A stretch of DNA of 64,000 nucleotides from Patellaria atrata CBS 101060 (lineage: Eukaryota), in contig MU006099.1 of NCBI GenBank assembly GCA_010093705.1, positions 310,001 through 374,000 on the forward strand, given 5' to 3'. Made by a program: the position numbers and the translations under genes. The notes beneath the pieces were generated by a model. That model ran no database searches and was not told the origin of the DNA. It was given only the letters and a program-made list of their open reading frames with translations. This document shows, piece after piece, positions 11,093 to 24,380 of this stretch (positions are counted from its first letter, which is position 1; each line of letters opens with the position of its first letter).

Positions 11093-14000
11093 TCAGACTC
11101 TATTATCCTCAATAGTGCCAAAACTTCCGAACTTGAGCAGAAAAGCAATAAGAATAACCGGTACCACGCTGACAATCTCCCCTAGTCCCGCATATGCAGG
11201 AGGAATCCTAAACTTCACTAAAGCCCCAGCAGCAGCTAAAACAGCAATGAGGTTGTATGTTGCGGCCCATGCAAAGTTACCATAGATCCTAAAGACTGCC
11301 GCTTTCGACAGGTCCAAAAGTACCAATACGCTGGCGAGATGGGGTTTCATGAAGACCACATCTGCAGCTGAAGATGCGACATCTGTATGCCCTTCATTCA
11401 TGTGGCAACCGACATCTGCCTGCGCTAGAGCAATAGAGTCATTCGTTCCATCGCCCACAAAGATAACAACACCATTGTTCTTTTGAATAGTCTGAATGTA
11501 TGCACGCTTATCAGCTGGTGATGCACGTGACTTTGTAAGGTGTGCTGGAAGTCCTAGTTGTCTGGCAACATCCTGTACCGCACCGTCGTCGTCACCACTG
11601 ATCATAGATACGACCATACTTCTCTTGTGCAGAGCCTGAACAATAGATTTAGCGTCTGGTCGAAGAGTATTCTTGAGCCCATAAACCGCACATAACTGGT
11701 TATCTAGCATAACACAGAAGACGGTGCGATTATCCGCAAGTGATGTGCGTACTATTGGATCGAGGTCAAGACCCAGCCAGCGAGAGTTTCCAGCACGGAT
11801 TGTGAGATCACCGAGGTGGCCTTCAACACCCTGTCCAGGTATAGCTGTAATGCGATCCACGGTGGAATTAGCCACTTTTTGATCCCTGAGATGTTTGGCG
11901 ATAGCTATCGAAACAGGATGATTGATGTTCTCCAGGAGGCCCAGGATAGCTGATTTTGTGCGTATAGCAGCTCCTTCGGGATATTCTTCAGATACCACTG
12001 TAATGATACTGTCTGTGAGCGTGCCGGTCTTATCAAACACAACATGAGTGATATTCCGTGCGGTCTCGATAGACTGTGTTACTTTAAGGATAACGCCATG
12101 TTTAGCTGCTACGCCTGTTGCAATGACCACCACCATTGGAACCGCAAGGCCAATTGCACAGGGACAGGAAACAATGAGAGTGGCAATAGCATAAGTCAGG
12201 GCTCTTACTGCCGCGTCTCCGGTCCCTTTATCCTGTGCAAACCTGCCCACAAGTGTCCAGATAATGAAGACGATGATAGTGACCGAGACAATTACTGGGA
12301 CGAAATACCCGGCGACTTTATTTGCGATTGCTTCAGACTTCGGTTTCGTTAATTCTGCGTCATCTACCATGGCAGCGATTGTAGCGATAGTATTCTCCCA
12401 AGGCAATTTAGTAAGGCCAACATCTAGAGTACCAGACCTGTTGATCGATCCAGCAATGACTTGGGAGCTGATGCCTTTCGCTATCAAAGCTGATTCACCC
12501 GTGACCATAGATTCGTCGACCTCCGATTCTCCGTAGATAACATTCCCGTCTGTTACAATTCTCGTATCTGGAGGAATGCGAAAAACGTCTCCATACTGTA
12601 GAAGGCGAGAATCAATCTCCTCGACAGTAGAACGATCTCTAGATAACACAAGAGCGGTTGTGGGTTGTAGTGATCTGATTGAGACGGACTCCGTAGCCCG
12701 CTGGCGTGCAAATTCGCTCATAAAGCGACCCAGAAGTATCAAGGTGACCAATAATGTGCTTGTTTCGAAAAAGGTTCCAGTCGAGAGGGGTTCCTTAAGA
12801 ACGTAATAGACGAATGCTACTATAGAGAACGTGTATGCTGCTGTCGTGCTTAAAACAATAAGCATATCAACCTCGATGACCTTGGAATGAACAAGGCTCT
12901 TGAATGCGCTAGGATAGAATATCCAAACAACCAAAGCTTGTATAATCGTTGCAAGTCCTAAAGAAGCCGACTCATATGCCATTTCGTAATCTTTAGGAAG
13001 AGGAGCCCATGCCAAAACCAAGACTGGAACTGTCAAAATGGCAGAAACCAGGAACAAAAGGCCTTCTTTTCTAACCTGGCGCCGACCAGCAGTAATGGAC
13101 GGATGAGGAGGTAAAGGAGCGAGCGTTATCGCGTCATCAAACCCACCGCGAACCAGATCTCTGACACCAATGTCTAATGCGTCGTAGTGGACACGAACGG
13201 TGCACTTATCAATAGGCTGCAGATGTGTAACGCCAGGGGGCAAATCCTTATGACAGAATTCACAGGGATTATCGACTAGAATATCGAATGTTTGACCATG
13301 CGATGGGTCAATCTTCTCATAGTAAAAGGCGGTCTTTTTCCCTAGCTTCGTTATGAGCTCATCCAATGGGAGAAGGCTGACATCTAGATCAAATTCCACT
13401 CTTGCTAGGACTAGACTGCTCTTCATATTGGCTAACCCCTTGATAGTTGACATCGCATTGAGCAACTGTTTCTCGCACCCACTACAGGTCATGCCTTGGA
13501 CGCTGAGTATTATATGCTCCACCTGTGCAGGACCTCTTTCAGGATCTTCGGCATCAGATCGAGCAACTAGAGTATCTTCTTTATTAGTAGAACTATCATT
13601 GTCGTGAGAGGGGACTTCGCCCTGCGTACAACATTTGTCAGTAACATTCGCACAAGTATCTTTGGCACAACAACTAATACTACTGCTGGAATTGCTCTGA
13701 ACTGATGCGGCGCGTGTCACTCCATGCCTATTCCCGGTGAATGGAGAAATCTTTGTGTCCTGGAGCAGCTGGTAGAATCGGCTACCGGTAACTGTGTGAT
13801 GATGATGATGGCTTCGCTTCGGGTTGCCTTGAGACATAGTACTGCAGGTGCTGGGTGAGCGAGATTGACTCCTAATTGATGTAAATGACTTGCTTGTTCG
13901 CCGAAGAAGCTCTGTGGATCCTCGTGGCAGACTTGAACAACACGTCTCAAGCCCGTGAGCAAGAAGCGCTCTGCAAAGACAACCGAAAGCGTCTAGTGAT

Positions 14001-14759
14001 GATTGGTATTGGGATCTGATAGTAGAAATGTGGAAGTCACAAGGAACATATGAGGACGTGTGGGGTGGTTGAGGATATTCTGGTGCGGTAGAGGATGTTG
14101 GAGTGGACTCTGCAAGATGGTTAACCTATACAGAATTCGGTCAATATGCCGAACAGGACGCACTTGCCTAAGTTCTCCGTAACTCCAGTCCACGTCCTGC
14201 TGCCGCAGGCGTTGCGACATTCTCTTAGCGCAACCTTATCGAGGCAAGTATCTTCGGCGGACAATTAGTGAGTATTCCCTCAAATCTACACATGGGTATG
14301 CGTTGGTGGTTAGCTACACTTACCATCGCAGCAACCGGAGCCGTTCACGTTTTTATGTCTTTCGTCTTCTTGACAACATCCGTCGTTAATCGGCGTGGAC
14401 CTTATCTGCTTCCCTTTGGAGTTACAGCAACTCGTGCGAGATTTCTCATCAATGGTCGGCTGGTATCTTGGGTCACTCTGGCTACAACAGCGTGACATAC
14501 ACGAGGAATTGTTCTGCTCTTGCTGTTTTCCACCATCTTGACCGCATATTTTGGACATTGGATTGGTCATGATTTTACTAGAACAGGATGGGGAGGTAAC
14601 GCAAGATCCGCCATCGCGGTCTTTATCTGTCTCTTCAGATGTAGCACCGTACCGCCTTGGGCGTTCCGAGAGAGACGAGCAGTTACCCGTTTGTGGATCG
14701 CAACAGGACACGGAGCTACTGAGGCCTTTACAAGCGTTCGCTTGACTAATATCTGCCAT
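11093..14759 (-). CDS. P1B-type heavy-metal transporting ATPase (Pca1-like) with Cys-rich N-terminus
   Basis: GMTCSGCE HMA motif, TGES, CPC in TM6, DKTGT, HP, GDGTND. Two upstream exons (ATG 14759, MADISQANAC..CCD; TCLDKVALREC) splice into an in-frame extension containing GCLCRALLAHGLETCC. Confidence 0.9.
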
Positions 14760-15609
14760 GTTAGGTAGTATGAATATCTTTTCACAGTGTGAGCTCAGTA
14801 AGGACCGGTAGATTATGAAACTTGTATGATTGAAAAGATAGATTAAAGTTCCCAATTGACAGCGATATTGAACGGTTCTGCTAACGAAAAGAGAAGGAAG
14901 AAGATAAGGAACAAAATATAAAGCTTTCTTATGATTAGTGGAACGCGGGGGTGGTGCATCAGTTTTGAAGATGTCGCATCACTGCGTCGAAGTGTCTTCT
15001 CTGAATCTGAGCGATTATGCTGGCATCAATATAGTTCTAGGTAGCTGGCATATTTACACATCCTCTCGAGGATGTCAGATACTGAGTCTAATGCACATGA
15101 ATCTTGCGTTGGCCGTGAACAAGGTGTATGTAGCATTATTAGTTGAATAGTTACTGTATGGTGAGTCCAGCGCATCATGTCGGACTTGTACACGTAGAAC
15201 TAGAAGAGCGCTACTGTGGTCGGATGCAACCTTAATACCCGTTACAGCCGTTTCCCAAGACGAGGTGTGTAATCGGTTTCTCGCGAAAAGGCTCATCGGC
15301 CCGATCTACGGCGTCCAAGAGCCCCCTCGGCCGAACAGCCATTATTTCTAACTTCGGTGCAAACCGCCTCAACGTCATTTTGATCATCTATAACTCAAGT
15401 TGGCTTAATATCCACGATCTCAAGCGACCATCACCCTCTGTTTCGTTGATGCTAGACCATGCTACTGTCTACTATACCTCTAATTCCTCGCCTCCAATCG
15501 GTCAGAGCAATCTCTACGTCTCATTCTGTCGCACCAGTGGTGCAAACTAGACATCTCGCTATCTGGGCCGCCACACAAACAAACATACCATTCGTAATGA
15601 TCATTTGCG

Positions 15610-18575
15610 ATGGCACGTAGACATCTTCGAACGGAACAGCTGTCATTGGGTCGGAATACAAGGGGCCGGACGAGGAGGGGGAAAGATGATTCCGCTTCGG
15701 ATGATGAAGATGGGTTGCCATGCGTATATAAAGAGATGCTCACAGATGTAAAACCCTCTGAGAATGATCTAGACGAGTTACGACCATTGAAGAGACGCCG
15801 TATTGTCGATTTAAATTCATCTTCTATGAGGAGGGCACCAGCATCAGCGACTCAACACACCCTACATTATCCCGACAACCAACAACAAGAAACGCATAGC
15901 GTAGATTCTGACACTGCAAAACCACAAATGATTATCGATAGTGATGAGTCGGAGGAAAGTGAATTTGAGTGGGAAGATGTCGGATTGGGGAAAACGTTGG
16001 AGGATGACAAGGAAGTGGACATTGATCCAAACACGAGCGGGGCTCCTCTGTCCATTGTTCTCGGGGAACGCTCCCAAAATGCGGGAAAAACACCTCGGCG
16101 AATTAGAAGACGAGTTGTCACTTCCGTAGAGAAAAAAATGAGACTTGATATCCACAAGATTCACATCCTTTGCTTACTCAGCCATGTGCATATTCGCAAT
16201 GACTGGTGCAACGACGTGCAAGTCCAGGTGAGCACCGGTTTACGGTTTGGTCTACATGTTCTGACAACGCCATAAGGGAATTGTCAAGCAGTTATTACCA
16301 CCGAATGTCAAAACTTTCCTGAAGCCCAACCCGAGGTTCTCGCAGTCTGAAGCATCACAGTCTTTTTTAAATGGTCTTCAGAGAGTAACAAAGTTATGGA
16401 AGGAAAATTTTCAGGTCACCGCATTGGGTATCACTAAACCTACCTGGGCTGAGACTGAAGGAGATCTTAAAAATGTAATGGTCAGCGATATCTCAGTTGT
16501 ATCCATCCTCTAACGGTGATAGTTCAAACTTCCCAACGATCATGATCCCCCATTAGATCGATCAGATTTCCGCGATGCTGCCACCACTCTTCGAGGCTCA
16601 CAAGATGTTGGTGCGCAGTTATTCTGCGCCCTGCTTCGTTCCGTTGGCCTTGAGACGCGCCTAGTTTGTTCCTTACAGTCTCTGACGTTTAGAGTTGCAC
16701 AGGCTTCATCTTTAGATGATAGGTATAAGAAACCAACCATCTTCGTAGGTGACGGAAGTGATACCCAGGTACAACCCTTGGCGGCTAGCACATTACCTAC
16801 ACGAGACGTTGAATCACAGGATCCAGCATCATCTTCTAAGTTGCAGTCGGAACCTCTCAGGAGGATCCAAAGAATTGGGCAACGACGTATCGTAAAAAGC
16901 AGTAACCCAGTGAAACACTCGAAAATCGAAAAGCCACGGTCGCAGACAAGACGGACATTTAACCCTCGGTACCCGGTCTATTGGGTCGAGGCATTCAATG
17001 AAGCACGCCAGAAATGGGTTTGTGCAGACCCGCTCGCAACTGGTACTGTCGGAAAACCTACCGACCTGGAACCTCCTTTGAATAGCTTGGAATGTAGCAT
17101 GAGCTATGTGGTAGCATTTGAAGATGACGGTGTCCTTCGTGATGTGACACGTAGATATGCGAAGGCTTATAATGCGAAGACTCGAAAAACCAGAGTTGAG
17201 TCTACAGCTCACGGCCAGAGATGGTGGAAACGAGCGGTTAAGCGCTACAGAAAGCACATAATCCTTGTAGGGACCTTTTGTGAACTTTCAAGAAGTGAAC
17301 TGACCCCAAAAATAGGACCGAGACCAGGTCGAAGATGCAGAGCTAGCACAAAGAGAGGCGGCCGAAAGCATGCCGCGCAATGTACAAGACTACAAAGACC
17401 ATCCATACTATGTGCTGGAGCGACATCTTAAGCACAATGAAGTTATCCATCCCAAACGTGAGGTCGGAAAGGTAAATACGGGTACTTCTAACGTGAACAA
17501 ACTTGAACCTATTTATCGAAGAAACGATGTCCATGTAGTACGAAGCGCGGATAAATGGTACCGATTTGGGCGAGAAGTCAAAGCAGGTGAACAACCTCTT
17601 GGACACTCGAAACCCCGCAATGGAAAATTGCAGATCATCGCTGGCGCAGACGATGAAGATGAAAATGATACTGGAAATGCGTTATATGCAGGATTCCAAA
17701 CAGAACTATACGTTCCGCCCCCAATAGTTCACGGAAAAGTCCCGAGAAATGTTTATGGTAATCTCGACGTCTACGTCCCTTCAATGATTCCACGAGGTGG
17801 TGTCCATATCCAAGCCTCAAATGCGGCCAAAGCGGCCCGACTGATCGGTGTAGACTATGCAGATGCTGTAACAGGGTTTTCATTCAAGGGGCGTCAAGGC
17901 ACTGCCATAATCCAGGGAATCGTGGTGGCTGCTGAGTATAAACTGGCAGTTGAAGCTGTAATTGATGGATTTTCGAGTGCTGAACAAGAGCAGCAGGACC
18001 TACGAAAGACGTCGGAAGCATTAAGACTCTGGAGACGTTTTATGCTCGGTTTAAGGATTCTTGAACGGGTTAGTGGCTATATAGAAGAGGGAGAAGAGGG
18101 AAATGTTCAGGACCAGCTCGACAAGACCAAAGAAGAGGAAGCATATGGATCAGGAGGATTTTTTGCATCTAATGAGCCAGTACCGCAATCTACTACGCAT
18201 ACAGTCCAGTCACCATGGGATTTCTTCGGCTCGACCCTTCCATCTGGTATCGCAAACAATTTGGTGGGGAAACCACATGAACTGAAAGATATTGTTCAGA
18301 CTCGTCGAGCGAGGACAGGTAAAGAATGTGAAAATGAAATTCCCGTTTCCCTCAACGAAGAATCGTATTTTGGAGGCGGGTTTATTCCTGAGGAAAATAG
18401 TTATGCGGAGAGGACAACAGAGGCCACTTCCGCTATTTTAGATCCTCCTGATAATGAAACGCTTAACCCTTCCGAGGATCAGGAAGATAGCGAACTGGAG
18501 CGAGGCTCGCTGCTCTCTCACGATCCAGAAGACGAAGATGCGGAACCGGATTGGTTATTGGATAGTAGTAGTTGA
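15610..18575 (+). CDS. RAD4: Nucleotide excision repair protein Rad4/XPC
   Basis: IHKIHILCLLSHVHIRNDWCND, GSQDVGAQLFCALLRSVG, YWVEAF, DVTRRY, YKDHPYYVLERHL, VPRNVYGNLDVY, ADAVTGFSF. Three introns. Confidence 0.95.
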
Positions 18576-20405
18576 ATTCAGCTAATTTATATTGTTATAC
18601 CAGCCTCCTGTACATACATGACCGGCGTCGCATAACTTTTCATGGCCTAGAATATCCTATAACCCCAATATTATACTTCAAGGCCTACGTAATTCTTGTA
18701 CGGAGTTTATAATTCTGCACTTATGTACCCGCAGATGATTGTATGGTTGCGGAAATGAGGGAAAGGGAGTTACTATATGAATACTCCTCCCTACCTTTCT
18801 ATTCTCTTGCGGAACTGGCATGCCGTGTTGTGCAAAAAGTGAAATACCAAGAACATAAGGTTTCAGATTTAACCTTGGATGATACACGGCAGACCCGGTA
18901 TCGAGGAACTTGTACATCTACTGGTATAGAACTCTTTCTATCATCTGGCATTTAGAGAATGATAACTTTGGCCGCCCAAAGTCGTCACATTATTGATAGC
19001 AACCGCCTTGTACTACTTAATAGTAGTTTTGTATGGACGATGCAAGATTCTATCGAACATTAGAATAAGTATTTACATACTAAAATAATTTGATCAAAAA
19101 ATAAGAAGTATGATAATAGTAAAGAGATATTCTTATTCAGATATCAAAATAAGAAACGAACCAATAAGCCCAAAAGAATATTCGCCAGTTGACTAGAACG
19201 GTCCTTGCCACTTGGACGCGCCGTTCTTCCTTGTTGCAAAGTTCTACCCAACTCTTAGTTTATATAGCTGAAGTCTAAAGTACCATATAAGTTCTGTTTA
19301 TAAACGGGTTGATCCTTTACTGATAGAATTCCTTTTCCTTTTGAATCAATATATTTATTCGATTCTTGTTTATCGTCCGATGCTTTCCCTTTAAGAGGGT
19401 CTATAGGACTATAGACTAAATTGTACTTCGAAAAAACCTACGTACATATAGTAGGAGAAAAACAATTGTACTAATAATCTACATACATCCTCTCCTATCC
19501 TACTTGACCTCCTCTGGTCCAATATGGCGAACTTTGTCCTATCCTTTGTTATATCCAAACATTTTATGCTTGTGTTCTCTTGAGGTGTCCCTCTCAATCC
19601 ACAGGCAGCCCTCTGTTTGTGGATAACACGCATCCAACCTAACCGGCTCTGTCCCTGGCGATTCCGGCTCATCTAGAGGCTGATCTGGCTAGTCATCAAC
19701 GTGATCGTGATATTATATTAGTAACGTAGCTTAGACAAGGTCGCAAACGGGCGAAGCGCCTACGGGCAGTATACTACATATACTTTCCCCTCGCTATTAC
19801 CATTAACGTTCGTTTCAAATGAAAGGCGCTCCGCTATACTCCAAAGAGTATTTGGTCGAACACGTGCTGTGATCTTGACTGGCCTTCACCTCCACCCCTT
19901 CCCCTTACTTGTGTGTGTGTCTATGTCCCATCCGTCTTGTCTACTCAAGACGCATACGTACGAGTGTTGTTCGCAGGTGGTATATATCTTGTATGACGAG
20001 CTCTGACGGCGCTAGCGAGTACGGATGCGGTACGGTGGGGAGCATCGTCGTGTTGTTTCGTTTAGAGGAGGAAAGGTATCGCTTTTTTCTGGTTCGGATT
20101 CGTGATACGTGTATTAGCTCCTCGTACGAGCCGTGACTATAGCGTTCTTATTATCGTCATGCTCACCTACGCTCTGTTAAAAACATTTTCCACCCGCTAG
20201 TAAACGGTTTTCAGCAACATAACCACGATATAATATATGCGCTGTGTAGCCGTATAAAGACCTCTGCGTTGGCTGTAAAGGGTCTATAACGCGATCTAGA
20301 TTGACCAGAATTTGATAGTTATATTTAATCAATTTATACTAATTATATTTTATACTTATATTCTATGTCCTTTATTTAGAAAGTAAATAAGATTATAATT
20401 AAGGG

Positions 20406-20582
20406 AAAAAAAAAGAATAACCCGGAGATGAGAATTGAACCAGGCACTGAAAAATTTAAAAAAAAAAAAAAAAAAGAAAAAGAACTTAAGGAAGAGTCCC
20501 CTACGCTTCGTAGGCGCTATCCCGGCTTATTATTATTCGATTGTAGTTCTTTTTATCTATATAAACCTTTACTTTCGCAAGC
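20406..20582. repeat. Copy 1 of an approximately 180-bp direct repeat with GC hairpin core
   Basis: Aligns with 20925-21103. Identical 31-bp core GGAAGAGTCCCCTACGCTTCGTAGGCGCTAT at 20490-20520. Confidence 0.85.
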
Positions 20583-20924
20583 TTATCACGAACCAACGCT
20601 AGGTCGATGGTAGGGTTGGATTAGAGTTATCACGAACACGATCACCAGGGCATGAACACCAGGGTACGAGCACTAGGGGAGGCACGAGTAGGAGAAAGAG
20701 ACAGGGAGTAGGCAGGCCGCTGGAGGCCCTAGTAGTAGCAGGTGCTACTACTTGTATCATATATATTAGAAACCCCCAGCGCCAGTACCGTAGATAGAAG
20801 AGTACACAATAGCATACTATCATGACTTCGACCACAAGTGCGCACTAGTGACGTCGAGTCCATGACAAGTGTGGAGATGTTACCACGGAACGTATTATGG
20901 GAAATTAGAGTAAAAGAAGAAACG

Positions 20925-21103
20925 AAAAAAAAAAGAAAATAAGCCGGACATAAGAATTGAACCAGATACTAAAAAATTAAAAAATGAAATAAAAGGCATA
21001 ACAGCTTAGGGAAGAGTCCCCTACGCTTCGTAGGCGCTATTCCAGCTTATTATTACTTTTATCGAAGATTTTTTAACTATATATACTTTTACTTTCGTGA
21101 ACT
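20925..21103. repeat. Copy 2 of an approximately 180-bp direct repeat with GC hairpin core
   Basis: Same 31-bp core at 21010-21040 (520-bp offset). Shares AGAATTGAACCAG and TTTACTTTCG flanks with copy 1. Confidence 0.85.
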
Positions 21104-21662
21104 CAATTTTCTATTTTCTAAGTACGCACGAACTCCTTGTCCTATTGGATCCAAATTCGCGCCTTAGTATCTCACACTTCAATTCGTAACATTTATTATT
21201 TGAGACATTCAGAGACGTATTTCTATTGATATAATAATTCTTCCTTGAGAAATTCAGGAAGGTTCAGGCTAACACTGACTGAGAAGGGAGAACTGAAGAA
21301 ATTCAAGATGAAAACAAATTCTAACCATTTTTTGTACCTCCACCTGTGAGCGTCTGGTCGGTGAATCCTCGACTCACTTCAGTAACACGAACACCGGACT
21401 GATTCTTCCCGCAACACCTTTACTAGCATAAGATTCTACTTAAGACATCTACGTTACTACACACTGTCACACCTTATAGTTAAACATCCTTGGGGTTATA
21501 CCTCCGTACAGAATCCCCGCGAGCTCAATGTAACTTGAATCGCACGGGCTAAGGTAGGTATACAATCTTAACATCAAGTATGCTCTCCTATTTTCATCCG
21601 ATGTGAGTGTAATTTGACTTTGTCTTGGCATATGCAGGGCAGTCGTAGCGAGTCTAGTTCTA

Positions 21663-23835
21663 AGGGTCTTGTTCAGGTCGTGCACGGTTTCAGACCATGC
21701 ACAGTCGCCCCATCAAAAATCGCACCCCATAGAGTGATTTTGAAAATGATGCAACACGCTCCATATTTGATATATCTATACTAAATTTTATGATGTTGTA
21801 AACAAGAAGCTGCACTTTCCGTCTATCTATATGTTAGGGCTCTAAAATCTCTGTGGCAGTCGTGATTGTCGTCGAGGCCGACCAGTCGTGGGATTGACCG
21901 TTTCTACCTCTACTACCTCAATAATATTATCTAAGAGTTCTATAGCTGGTAGTATGACAATCTGCTTCTTCTACTTCGGTTGTTGAGGGGGTCTAGGTGT
22001 TTTTTGAACCTTTTGTTCAGCTTGTTTGGCTTCTACAGTAATTTGTTGCTGAGCGTTTTTTACCTCCGCTACCCTCTCCCTCTCCTCCTTATCTTTTTGT
22101 CGTTGAAACTTGCGGTCTTTAGCTTGTTCTTCTTTCTCCTCTCTACGTAGCTGTTGCTGAAGCTTATTATTTACTTTACGAGCTTCTTCTGCAGCTTCAT
22201 CCTCCTCCTCTTGCCGTAGGAAATCGCGCGCTTGGGTGATTTTTTGAGGGCTCCAAAACACCGCACCACCATTCTTTGTGCTAATTACTCGTTGTAAAAG
22301 AGACTTCTGCCGTTTACGTTGCCTCTTCTCGCCCTCAAGAGCATTAATTAAACCGAAGTTCTGTTGTTGGAGGATAGTATTAGAGGTAGAGAGGAATTGA
22401 AACTTCGCTTTCAGCTCTTCGACGACAGGGTGCATTACATCAGCAACAACGGTCTCTAGTTTCTTCTCTATGCGTTTCCAATCTTTCTCCGATAACACTG
22501 ATTTAGCTGATTCACTTGAGCTTGGTCTACCGCCTATTTGACGAACTGGTTGCCTCTCCGGCTTTGCTAATCCTTGTAGCACTTCACTCGGATTATATGG
22601 AGAGATACCTGTTTTTTTAAAGCTCCCAGGGATGTTTTTCTCTGTAAAAGCCTTCTGGTAAGCGGGTCAGAATAGCTCAAAAAAGTTCCGTTTTGCAATA
22701 TTCGATATGCCCTGTGATCGGCTCAAAAAGTCGTCGAGATTTTGACTGTAATACGTGGCGAGAGGAGAGAACAAGGAGACGTCGAGGGGCTGCAATCTGT
22801 GCGTAGAGTGAGGAGGATAGTTGGCTAATATGATCTTATCGCTTATACAATACTCCAAAAAAGGCATATTGATATGGGAGCCATGGCCATCGACGATAAG
22901 AAGCCTCCAAGCTCGACCAGCTTTGGTTTTGGTAGAACGGTCAAAAACGGTCTCCAACCACCTCAATCCGAGCTCGTCATTAGTCCATCCTGTCGGTGAA
23001 GCAGTAAAAAAATACCCCTGGTCTTCCGGTCCATAGCCCTCTAACCATCTATCTTGTATCGCTCCTGATACCGATGGGTAGATGATCCCAGGAGGGATAG
23101 CTGTTCCATCTGCACAGATAGTAGCTAGGACCGTAATCCACTCCCGATTCCCGTCCTGTGCGATTCCCTTAACCCTTCCACTTTCAAAGGCAGCTTTGCT
23201 GTAAATCCTACGTGACTTTTTAAGCATACCTATAAGGAAGCCCTTTTCATCCATATTGTACGTATTTTCTGGTAGGGCACTGAACTTGTCGAGCTTACGC
23301 CCAAGGAGTTCGAAATAGAGCTTGTAAAACGGTCCCTGATCGACCTTATGACGGGCTAAATCAATAGGACTGAGATAACCAGATTTGAGCTGATCTCCAT
23401 AGCGCCGATACCACCTCGTAACCCAGCTATTTCCAGGTCTTTTTCCAACGATATGACTGGCTAGATTTCGTACAGTTGCAGGCGTAGGAGGGGAAAGCAC
23501 GATCAGTCAATCGATTGATATATTTAATAGGTGTTTTTGACTGCGCCTCGGTCATCAATTTGAAGTTTTCGATTGCTACCTCGCGGGAAACAGTGACATT
23601 ACGAAAACGCCGCGACAACGTCGTGCGGTCACAATTATACTCTTTTGCAGTTTGGGTTATATTAGGGATATCTTGAAGCTTTAGACTCTCAAGCGCGGCC
23701 TCAATTGGAGTCATATTGGTGGTGGTGGAGTAAACAGTAGTCCTAATTATTCTCCGGATACGTGTATTTTGACAACTGAATTTTGGTTGGCGACCGTGCA
23801 CGCTCTGAAACCGTGTACGGCCTGAACAAGACCAT
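21663..23835 (-). mobile_element. Fot1/pogo (Tc1-mariner superfamily) DNA transposon, full length, inactivated
   Basis: 47-bp TIRs at 21663-21709 and 23789-23835 (41/47 match by hand alignment). TA target-site duplication at 21661-21662 and 23836-23837. Encloses a DDE transposase. Confidence 0.93.
21842..23714 (-). pseudogene. Pogo-type DDE_1 transposase pseudogene
   Basis: HTH N-terminus (MTPIEAALESL..DRTTLSRRF), NMDEKGF, GWTND, LLIVDGHGSH, PPHSTHRLQPLDV and C-terminal RLPQRF. Frameshift near 23500, in-frame TGA at 22667 and TAG at 21971. Confidence 0.9.
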
Positions 23836-24380
23836 TATCCCCAAGGGTTCAATTCTGACTTCATCCCTCAGTTGACGGACATGGATTGAGAGCGAGGATA
23901 AGGTACTCTTTAACCAGGAATTCTGGAGAAAAGGATCGTCGCAGTCAAGGCTACAAGCTTCCTGATCCTGGCCTAACGCCTTCGAACTAAGATAGATATC
24001 TGGTGTATATACACCCTCCCCGTCATAGACGCATCATTTTGTTTATCAGCATGGTTATAATACAAGTACTTCTCTCCTACAAATAAAGACCGGTTAGTAT
24101 TCCACTGGGAAAAAAATGGATGACTTGAAAAGGAAGGGTAACAAAGAATCTATGAGTAGATATAGGGGGAAGGAGACGGATCATAGTCCTTTGCCCTCTT
24201 AACTGAGCGATTTATCTATTCTTTATCTGTGGCTATTATTCTCCTGGGAAAAAAAAGGTATACTTGTAGGATGTATGAGCTATAAGTATCGCTACTACGC
24301 CATCCGTTCTATGTCAAGAAATCAAATCTATCAAAATATTCTACAGGACCCAAGACAGCAAGAAGCCACCCATCAGCGTT

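Noticed and set aside
20415..20531. Functional tRNA gene
   Set aside because: B-box-like and acceptor-like ends are present, but there is no paired T-stem or anticodon arm, and an internal poly-T tract interrupts it.
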